DNA of 64,000 nt. Source: Octopus sinensis (taxonomy: Eukaryota). A program made the translations under genes and the position numbers. Of this stretch, positions 1-11,200 are shown piece after piece. Under the pieces are notes generated by a model. It was not told where the DNA came from. It ran no database searches and saw only the letters and a program-made list of their open reading frames with translations. The stretch covers positions 1-64,000 of the forward strand of contig NW_021835463.1 in assembly GCF_006345805.1 (NCBI RefSeq). Reading direction: 5' to 3'. How positions within the stretch are numbered: the first letter of the stretch is position 1; each line of letters begins with the position of its first letter.

Positions 1-55
1 TTGCCCAAGGTGCCATGCAGTGGGACTGAACCCGGAACCATGTGGTTACGCTTGT

Positions 56-759
56 ATAAACCCTGCGTCCACATACTCCCTCCACAACACTGATATCAAG
101 AAATCCTCTTGCGAGCGTGACCTAGGCATCACTGTCAGCAGTGATTTGCGTTGGACAAAGCATATCTCTAAAATTGTCAAGAAGGCTGAGGGTGTCTTGG
201 CATCACTCCGCAAGACTTTTGTTAGCCGCTCTCCAGCCATCTATTTAAAACTGTATACAGCTATGGTACAACTACACTTGGAATTCGCATCATCAGTTTG
301 GAACCCCTATCTTGCTCAGAACATTGACCTCCTGGAATCTGTTCAGAGACGTGCAACCAAACGCATACCCTCCATCAGACACCTACCATACTCTGAGCGC
401 CTTGTTTCCCTGGGCATGGATTCACTGAAGCTCCGGCGTCTGGCGATGGACTTGGTAAACACCCACAAAGTTATCAACCACCTCATCAACAACAACACTG
501 AACACCTTTTTGATCTCCATGTGTCTAACACACGTGGACATGCCTACGAAGTCAGAAAACAACACAGCTCCCATGACTTTCGGAAACATTTTTTCACGCT
601 TAGAGTTGCTGAAGCATGGAACAAACTGCCTGCGTCAGTTGTTGACTGCCATCACACTGCATCCTTTAAGGCCCTCATGCTTTCCGAAATCCGCCGAAAC
701 TACACCTGATTATACATACACTTTAGATGAGTTGTAGTGCACCTGAGCACTGTACACAA

Positions 760-792
<33 letters not shown>
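56..792 (+). mobile_element. 5'-truncated CR1/L2-type LINE 3' end with (TTA)n tail
   Basis: ORF2 C-terminal motifs RDLGITV, WNPYL, LESVQRRATK, TRGH, RKHFFTLRV..WNKLP; (TTA)10 tail at 762-792. Confidence 0.88.
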
Positions 793-1039
793 CAAGTTTA
801 TAATGAGTACTGTGAAGTTAGAAATAAATAACTCGAATAATTAACTGCATTTGTAAGTCAGTTTCGATTTCTGATCGCAGTCAACTACAGCTGCTAAATG
901 CTGTTGAGAAACGTTCTCCCATCTGCACGATCAATATCCCAATTTTGACATTGCTTTAGAGGAGTTAGGAACCCAAACAATTGAGTTTATCAAAGGGTTT
1001 CGATTTCGGAATGAAATCATTTCGTTCCACTTACATTTC

Positions 1040-1212
1040 TAAATGTTATTGGTGGGAGGAGTTGTTTTCTGTATAAACACGTTTGTTGTCTCAATTTTAA
1101 CTTGGAATAGCAATCTCAACTCAGATTGGCAGCATCAAAGTTTATTGTCACATGCTGACGCGTTTGCCTCCGTTTCTTTCTTTCTCGTAATTCTCATAGG
1201 CGGAGCTACAAA
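1040..1212 (+). promoter_or_regulatory. Probable proximal promoter/5' UTR of the nucleoside hydrolase gene
   Basis: ATTGG (reverse CCAAT) at ~1048, TGACGC at ~1156 and a GC-box-like AGGCGGAG at ~1198, just upstream of the ATG. Confidence 0.4.
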
Positions 1213-1289
1213 ATGCGACTTCTCGGAATAACGAAGAGAACGTTACATAACCTGCCTCGTGTAATTAACACCATCAGTCGAATGAATTC
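1213..1289 (+). CDS. Nucleoside hydrolase exon 1 ([26 protein letters not shown])
   Basis: ATG in ACAAAATG context. The phase-2 donor GTTAGT at 1290 matches the phase-2 acceptor at 5675 (tc|c = Ser). Second in-frame ATG at 1282. Confidence 0.7.
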
Positions 1290-1334
1290 GTTAGTATTTT
1301 ATCAATTTTATGATTATATTTCATTGTGTGCGCA

Positions 1335-1424
<90 letters not shown>

Positions 1425-3052
1425 CGTTTTTGTACTACTCTCCCAAGTACAATGTGCGCGCGCGCGTACGTCCGTGCATGTGTGCGTGTGTGCGTGAAAC
1501 CCAATATTTTTTTACTGTGTAATGATCGTAGCAGAGGAAGTTGATAAAAACTACCTCCTGCTGTGTTTAGTTACAATCTTCGCGTTGAATTATGACCATT
1601 AGGGTGGAGGTTTTTCGGCAGTTTTGAACGGATGTGGAACGAACTGACTGGTTTCATTATTATTGTTGGCTTCTCCCATCTTTTTACTCCTAAACTATAA
1701 TGATAAAAGCTCAAGGCTTAATGAATAAAACAATTAAGTAATATCCCCACAGCACAAGCTCATTTACATAACAGCACAAAATTCATGGCAGACAATTATT
1801 ACTAGAGCACCGGCAGAGCATGGAATATGAATCAATATACGTAGTAAAGGGAAAAAGAAATAATCGAATCGAAATAAAGAAATAATCTATGTGGTTCTCA
1901 ACCATCTAAAAATCATAGCTATATTCACTCCAATCACGTCCTATAATCTTTGATCAGCAAGGGCTCGTTGAACAACATAGTCCTATGTGTACAAAAAGTT
2001 GGGATGGGCACGATTGGAAGGTACTACTTGAGAACAGTGGTCCCGGTGTACGCACTCGCGTAGTCGCGCATCCGCGCTAGCTAGTCGTGACTGGTCGATC
2101 CTACAACGACTACCTAGCAAAGTAAATAAAACACAAAATAAATAATTTTTTTAAAACAAAGTAAATAAATCACAAAGTAAATAATTTTTGGCAATGTTTC
2201 GTTTGTTCGCCCAATTGGAAATTTTTTAAACAGCATAAATAACACAAAGTAAGGATCGACTAGTCATGACTAGCTAGCGCGGATGTGCGACTACGCACGT
2301 AGTACCTGATTGGAATACGTCTGATCATACAACTGCACACTCAGGGCGCCTGGTACTTTGATCGATGTTTAACATTAAAGAAAATGGTTAATGTTTACTA
2401 CTTGACCCGGAAATGAAAATCAGTAAAAAAATAGTGCAATGGGTGTAAAAAAAAAATGTGTAGGAAACGAATATGAGAAAAAAAAAATGCGCACAAAGCA
2501 ACGGGAGGGTGGGGAGAGGACCTCGGAAAATTCACAAGATCCGAGTTTTTCCCTCATAACTTTAAGGAAAATGGGATTTTTTCAATGAAATTTTCTAGAA
2601 ATACTTTTCAAATGGCATACATTACGATTATAAAGTAATTTGAGGGGAAAATCTTTTTCAAGGGGGTGGGGAGAATACCTCGGAAAATTCACAAGATCCC
2701 AGTTCTTCCCTCGTAACTTTTAGGAAAATGGGATTTTTTCAATGTAATTTTATATAAATACCTTTCAAACGGCATAGATTACAATTATAAAGTAATTTGA
2801 GGGGAAAATCTTGAGGTGGAGAGAGGACTTTCGGAGAATTCCTAAGATCCGAATTTTTCCTCGTTATATTCCGAAATCACATACCCTACAAATACCCTAG
2901 TGTAGTACCACTACACTACGTGGTGTTTATTTCTACCCACTTTCAATAATTGTTAGTGTTTTGGTTTCAATTTTGTTTTATTTTCAATTATTTTTACGCT
3001 TTTTTAACCCTTCGTCGTTATTCTCATTCACTCGTTATTACTTTCTCTCTAG

Positions 3053-3095
<43 letters not shown>

Positions 3096-3157
3096 CATAT
3101 ATAGTGATCTGATATATACACACACTTATATACACACATATATATACACACATGTAT

Positions 3158-3188
<31 letters not shown>

Positions 3189-3786
3189 TATACTGTTATG
3201 AGGGAAAAACTTGAATCTTGTGAATTTTCAGAAGTCCTCTCCCCGCCCCTTGGAAAAAATTTTCCCCACAAATTCCTTTATAATCGTAATGTATGCCCTT
3301 TTGATAGGTTGTAAACATTAACCAAGAAATTTAGGGTCATTAACCAAGAAAATTGTCACAAAACAATGACGAAAGGGCCGGGGGCTCAACGTTGACACTG
3401 TGTGCTATGCTCCATAGATTATACCATCTTAGCTTGAAAGTAGAGTGGGAGGCGCAATAAATTGTGTAGTCCTAGACATTCAGTGTCAGAGAGAAGAAAA
3501 GGATGGCCACCTCTGGAATATCTTTTATCATAGATTGGGTCAAATCTCGCCCTGTTATTTCAAAACTAGTGCAAAACCATTTGAATGTTGAAGTCTTAGA
3601 TATACAATGCGTGAGAAAAGGGCATGATTGTCAGGGTTAGATGGTAGGATCACCTGTTATGGCTGTGTCCTCTGTATAATGTATAATTTACTATAGAGCT
3701 CATCCATCATTAAAATTCATTGGATGGTTTTCAACACAGCAGTTATTAATGATGATGATGATGATGATGATATATATGCACACACA

Positions 3787-3832
<46 letters not shown>

Positions 3833-4449
3833 ACATATACTGTTATGAGGGAAAAACTTGAATCTTGTGAATTTTCAGAAGTCCTCTCCCCGCCCCTTGG
3901 AAAAAATTTTCCCCACAAATTCCTTTATAATCGTAATGTATGCCCTTTTGATAGGTTGTAAACATTAACCAAGAAATTTAGGGTCATTAACCAAGAAAAT
4001 TGTCACAAAACAATGACGAAAGGGCCGGGGGCTCAACGTTGACACTGTGTGCTATGCTCCATAGATTATACCATCTTAGCTTGAAAGTAGAGTGGGAGGC
4101 GCAATAAATGTGTAGTCCTAGACATTCAGTGTCAGAGAGAAGAAAAGGATGGCCACCTCTGGAATATCTTTTATCATAGATTGGGTCAAATCTCGCCCTG
4201 TTATTTCAAAACTAGTGCAAAACCATTTGAATGTTGAAGTCTTAGATATACAATGCGTGAGAAAAGGGCATGATTGTCAGGGTTAGATGGTAGGATCACC
4301 TGTTATGGCTGTGTCCTCTGTATAATGTATAATTTACTATAGAGCTCATCCATCATTAAAATTCATTGGATGGTTTTCAACACAGCAGTTATTAATGATG
4401 ATGATGATGATGATGATATATATGCACACACACAAACACACACACACAC

Positions 4450-4495
<46 letters not shown>

Positions 4496-4736
4496 CTATG
4501 AGTTTTTTCACTTTCCATCTATGCAATCTACTCACAAACCTTTAGTTGACTCAAGGGCATAGTAGAAACATTTGCCCAAGGTTCCATGCAGTGGGACTGA
4601 ACCCAGAACCATGTGGTTGGGAAGCTAACTTCTTACCACATATGTATGTATGTATTGTATATATGTGTTTATGTCTGTATGTATGTGTGTATATATATAT
4701 ATATACATAATTTTATTATATATATATATAACTATA

Positions 4737-4795
<59 letters not shown>

Positions 4796-6040
4796 GATAA
4801 TAATAATAATATTAGGGAGTATAATTCTAAACTTATTTTGATTTTAATCACCTTACTTTGAAATTGTATGGATAATACCATACTAAATTCTAGTGCCTCA
4901 ACTTAAGTACCATATTCATCTGAATCCAAATTTTTGCTGAACTCATCTACCATACCCAAAGTATATACAAACATACACACACACACACACACATACACAC
5001 ACACACACACTCATAAACAACAGGCTTCTTTCAGTTTTTGTCTACCAAATTAACTCACAAAGCCTTGGTTTACTCGTGAGAAATATAGAAAAGGATTACA
5101 GATAAGTTCACTGTGAAGGAAGTTCACCGCGAGGAAAGTTTACCAAGAAAATATATCCATAGTATCTCACCATTAACAGTTAAACACTATTTTACTGAGG
5201 AAAAAACTGAAAGTAATGGAGATCAAAACATGTAATCAGGGATTTTACCTTTTGGGTTAAAACATAGTATGTACTAAATAAGAAGAAAAATAAACTTAAC
5301 TTTCAATTCACACTTCTTTACAACATAAATCAACACAAAATTCAAATTTATATTATTCAAAATCCTGTTTGACATTAAAAAGCTATGATAAAATTGAAAA
5401 TTATTATAGAAAATTTGTAATTAAAAGGTTTTTAAAAATTGTCAAATGGAGATTCCCTGTGGTGAATTGATGATGGTGAACTTTCCCTGCAGTGAATTGA
5501 TGACAATGAACTTACCGGACATGGTAGAAAACACTTACCCAAGGTACCACACAGTGTGATTGAACCTGAAATGTGTGTTTGGGAAACAAATTTCTGAACC
5601 ACACTGCCATGCTTGCACCTTTTTCATTTGGTTTTATTTCATTTCTTGTTCCTTTTGTTTTTTTCTTTTACCAGCAATAAGAAAATCATAATTGATACAG
5701 ACCCTGGTATCGATGATGCTCAGGCTATTTTGATGGCCCTGGGTAAGGACAGCAGTGTAGATGTTGTTGCCATAACAACTGTTCAGGGCAATGCCCCTGT
5801 TATGAATACTAGTTTGAACACGCTACGGTTACTGAAGGTAGCCAATAGACAAGATGTAAGTATTCTTTTATTTCCCTCCTTTCTCAACAAATAACAAAGA
5901 CTTCAGGGTGTTCAGCTCATAATGACAAACAAGGTTGTGTGTTCAATTCCAGAACTAGGTGGCATGTTGTGTGTTTGAATAAGGGTATTTCACATTGCTT
6001 TAGTCTTCTCAGCTATAAATGAGTACTGGTACATCTCTAA

Positions 6041-6101
<61 letters not shown>

Positions 6102-8168
6102 ACTGTTGCATTTTGTATGTCTTTCTGGGTCGAGGGAGAGTAGGCTGAGGTGTCTCTGTCTGCTCACGACTACACAGGCATCTAAAACAATTAGTAAAAG
6201 CATAGTATATGTTACCAAGGCTAGCTGTTCTCTACTTTGTACTAAACAGAAAAGGAAGAGCAACAACGTCCCTGGCCTTTTTACTGGGCCTCTGAGACTG
6301 GCGAGAATTAAAGGAGAAAGTTATACTCAGAGCATATGATCAGAGCAGAGGGGACTCAGCTATAGGTACCTAAGAACCAGATGGTGATATTAAATGGGGT
6401 GATCTATTTAATCAGCCACTTAAGAACAAGTGCAATCATTCTGATGAGCTTCTGCTAAAGGTATTTCCATTTTTTTTATCTTAAAAATAAAAATTGGAAA
6501 TGCCTTTATTTCACCATTTCCATCTACTTAACTATATCATGGGTTTCTGAACCAGGTGGCATGTTGTGTCCTTGAGAAAAGCATTTCATTTCCCATTTGT
6601 GAAAATTACTACTAGCGATAGCTGGAGTTTAACACAGTGACAGATTAGTGTCCTGTTCAGGAACAAAAGGGGATCTTGTACTTTCAGTCTAAACTCCTTG
6701 AACATTCAAACAAATTCTGACCTCACTGAACCTGTAGGCTTGAGGCAGACTTTTAAAACTCCTCCATATTATTGTACAGCTATATAACTACTACACTAAG
6801 TACTGTAAAACACTGTTGCTATATTTATTAAGTCAAGCAACCATATAGAGATGATGGTAACAAACTTTTGTTTTTCCACTGAAAATTTTCATAAGGCTGG
6901 AACCATGGTTGCATGTATATATATATATATATGTTTGTGTGTGTACATACACACAAATAGGTGAATGTACTGTAGTCATATAGTACCAAGATTGACATCT
7001 ACTGTGCAGTGCCTTGAGCAAATATCCTCAGTCATAATTTGAAGTTGACCCAAACTTTATAAGATAGAAATGGCATGGAAGCTTATCAGGGTGATTATAC
7101 CTGGTCATGGATGATAGATTTAATTGATAACCTAGTTTAACACCACCACCTGACTCTTGGGTGTCTATAGTAGAGCATGCTCTGTTTCAAGTATCAACGT
7201 TCAGTTTAACTTTCTTCTTTCATCCCACCAAAGGCCCAGGGATGTTGCTCTTCTTTTCCTCCCCTAATTACTCACCAATTAACTCCTACCTCTAGCCTGT
7301 AGACTTTCTGTAGCTGTAGTGTGATGGAGGAAAGGACAACAGAAAAAGAAAGAAATACAAAAGGCCTTACCTGTAGACCTCGGCGGGATGAGCGATCACT
7401 ATCAAGAAATAAACATGTCCTTTCACGCTGCCGTTTCTGTTTGAACTGACCACATGTGCTTCCTGTGCACACATGCCCCGTGGCTGCCCCACAGGCCCCC
7501 GCAGTCTTCACTTCTGTCTACTTCATCTGCAATCCCCTCCACCAACACCACACAGCTCATCACAGCCCATAACACCACTAACACTACAGTAGCTATTGAC
7601 TCTGTACCTTTCTACTTACAATTACAATGGCATCTGCTTGTTGGAACTAGGCCATAGTGTATCAACCTCCATCAAAGCCCACCTGGCACACTCCATCATT
7701 CATACTGCACCCATCCTTCCTTCCCAACCTTAACCACTATATATCCAATCCTTCCTTTCCTGAGTGTGAAGCCCTGGAATTCCTTCTTCTCCCATGTTTT
7801 TGCCTTTGTTCATCAGTTTAGATTTACAGGTGTGTAAGGTGAACAGTAATTGCACACGTCCAGCAAAACAATCTCTCAATTCTTATACCAAAATATTGTT
7901 TCAGATACCAGTGTTTCAAGGTTGTAAGTATCCATTAATGCAAAGAGCCCAGCATGCCCAATATTATCACGGCAAAGATGGTTTGGGAGATGTTCCAGAC
8001 AGTGAAGCACCGGGTTTGGATCACCTTCAGAAGGAACATGCTGTAAATGCTTTAATTCATCTCGTGAACCAAAACCCAGGTAAATTGATGTTGTTGTCAT
8101 TGCCACCACCACCACCACCACCACCACCACACCACCACCACCGCCGCCGCCGCCACCACCACCATCAC

Positions 8169-8203
<35 letters not shown>

Positions 8204-11200
8204 CCATCATCATCATAGTCATCATTGATGTCATCATTGTTATTGCTACCATCACCACCTTCATTGTTAACATCAACATCATCATCACCACCATCAACCA
8301 AATTCTTAAAAAAAAATGACATTTGCTCAAGTTGATGTGCAGTGAGATTGAGCCTGAGACCTTGTGGTTGTGAAGCGAAATTCTTAACTGTTCAGCTGTA
8401 CTGCATCTACTGAGATTTAAATAACATTTTAATTAAAGATCAACTCTTTTGATGACACTTTTCATGGCTTATCAAAAACAATTACTGTAGAACCCATGTA
8501 ATTTACACACCTTTTTTTTTTTTGCAAAAATAAAATAAACATTAGTGGGTGCGTAAATTACATGAGGAGATTGTTTCCAGAATTTTTTTAGAAATTTTTT
8601 TTGTTGAAAAATGACGTACAAAGCATAAACATCCATACTGGAAGTTGACTCATTTAATATCAGAATAGGTTTTTACAGAAAAAATAATACTCTTTTTACT
8701 CTTTTACTTGTTTCAGTCATTTGACTGTGGCCATGCTGGAGCACCGCCTTTAGTTGAGCAAATCGACCCAGGACTTATTCTTTGTAAGCCTAGTACTTAT
8801 TCTATCAGTCTCTTTTGCCGAAACGCTAAGTTACGGGGTCGTAAACACACCAGCATCGGTTGTCAAGCGATGTTGGGGGGACAAACACAAACACACACAC
8901 ACATATATATATACACATATATTCGACAGGCTTCTTTCAGTTTCTGTCTATCAAATCCACTCACAAGGCTTTGGTCGGCCCGAGGCTATAGTAGAAGACA
9001 CTTGCCATGCAGTGGGACTGAACCCAGAACCATGTGGTTGGTAAGCAAGCTACTTACCACACAGCCACTCCTGCACCTAATGTTGACTTTTATTTATGTT
9101 GGACAGTATAATATTTACTTTTTCTGTATAAATTTACTAAAACCATTAAATGGTTAACTACTTTTGAAATCTGACGTTCATGCTGGTAATCATGGTCCAG
9201 GCCATATTTTACATATTTTACTCGGTTGCGTAAAGTGTCATTCAAACTGATGTTTATTGGTAATTAAACTTAATTTGCAATACCTGTGTGTATTTATCAG
9301 CTTTGTTTTTGTTGGTAATTCTTATCAACAACTTTTCCTGTGATTGTGGTTTGAGAAGACATACAGCAGTACGCTAAAGATCAGACATAATCTCTTGTGG
9401 GCAAGAAATGTAAAATAAAGTTTATTATAAATAACGCAAACCCTTTGTAATTTAATAGCTTTCAATGTGATACTGTTAAACAGAAATTATTTTTATTTAA
9501 TGAAAATGTAATAAAATCTCATCATAAGTAAATGAAATTATGCTAAATGCAACTAAATTGTAAACCTTTTTCTCCTGGCTATATCGGCAATTCTGAAAAC
9601 TTTTGGGTGCGAATTTTACATGAGTAGAAGCTTTTTTAACAAATTTTATCCTGAAAATCACCTGCGTAAGTTACACAGGTTTGCAAATTCCATGGGTTTT
9701 TACGGTAATATAAAACTTAATCAGAAAATCTCACTGAAGTTCAATATCAGTTTCAAATTGTAGCACAAGGTCAGCAATTCCAGGGGAGGGGGCTAACTTG
9801 ATTAAATCAATCCTAGTACTCAACTGGTACTCATTTTATTGATGGAAGGCAAAGTTGACCTCAGAACCTGACGATGAATGAAATGCAGCTAAGAATTTTG
9901 CCTGACTTGGTAACAATTCTGTACCAGTTCACTATCAATAAGCAGGTAGTGATAGCTAATGTTCCAAAGTTCATTGATAACAAGAAAACTTGTTTTTGAT
10001 ATTTTTCTTTATAGTTCAAAATCCAAATTAAAACACTCTAAACCACATTGCTTATAAGCAAACAACTAATTGTTAATGATCTTTTTCATATTTTCTCTTA
10101 TGGTCACCTTGTAGCTGGAGAGTTTGCTTTGGCACTCCTTCACTACTTTCCTTTTATCTCCTCTACTATTCCCATCCACCTCCCTATATAACAGAGGTTA
10201 GCCATCTATCTCCTTTATAGCAAGATGCCTGTGCTTGTCCCTCAATCCCCTCTCAAATACGCCCCATTTAGCAGTGTGAGTTTTTTTTCCTTTTCCTCTC
10301 CTTGTTCTTCTGTCTTGCAAGTTACTTGGTACATTCACACACACAAAAAGCACTCAACACACTCTGTAAAGTGGTTGGTGTTAGGAAGGGCATCAAACTG
10401 TAAAAACTGCCAAAAGCTGACATTGGAGCCCATTGTAGCCTTGTGGCTCACCAGATCCAGTCAAATTGCCCAACTCATGTCAGCATAGAAAGTGGATGTT
10501 AAATGACGAGGATGATGATTATATCTATATGTATATGTATATGTGTCTGCTTCTTTACTCTAGAACATTAAAAATGTTCACTGCAAAATTTCTCTGTATT
10601 CACTTAACATTTCTTGAACTTCACCTCAATGTGTGTGTGTGTGTGTGTGTAAAACACCACACCAATAGAATGTAGAAGGCAATCACTGTGCAGCGGAATC
10701 TTGTTTGGGAAAAATTTTCCTTCAATAGATTTTGTGTGTAAAACACCACACACACACACACACACAAAATCTATTGAAGGAAAATTTTTCCCAAACAAGA
10801 TTCCGCTGCACAGTGATTGCCTTCTACATTCTATCAGAAATATATTAAAAAACTAAACTGTACACATCTTAAATATGTGACGGCTGCTGCTTCATGTGTT
10901 TGTACTAAAATATACAGATTTTGCATTTTTTACTTTTCAGGGGAGTTACATCTTGTTTCCTTAGCTCCTCTTACTAATATAGCCACTGCAATTACCTTAG
11001 ATCCAGATTTTGGTTCAAAGCTCAAGAGTTGCTATATAATGGGCGGAAATTATAAAGGTAATCTTTCATTTGTTTTCAATCTTACTTTCATATTTTTCTT
11101 TTCTTTTTTTATTTACCTTATTTTAATTCACCTTAATTCTGTATTTTATATTCATTTTGTTATCTTTTATCTTTTACTTGTTTCAGTCATTAGATTGTGG

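Noticed and set aside
1-45. tRNA-like A/B-box sequences here and at many SINE heads
   Set aside because: They are heads of a multicopy SINE; no acceptor stem or complete cloverleaf.
1310-4861. SIYL, YI, HT and CV repeat ORFs, also at 27533-27805 and 36765-40526
   Set aside because: Microsatellite translation artefacts.
5613-5674. Hydrophobic 'signal peptide' (MHLFHLVLF...) at the start of ORF 5613-5894
   Set aside because: It is the translated polypyrimidine tract; the start is TTG and a canonical acceptor lies at 5673-5674.
7876-8330. Poly-Asp/Gly/Met minus-strand ORFs
   Set aside because: Antisense reading of the trinucleotide microsatellite and exon 3.
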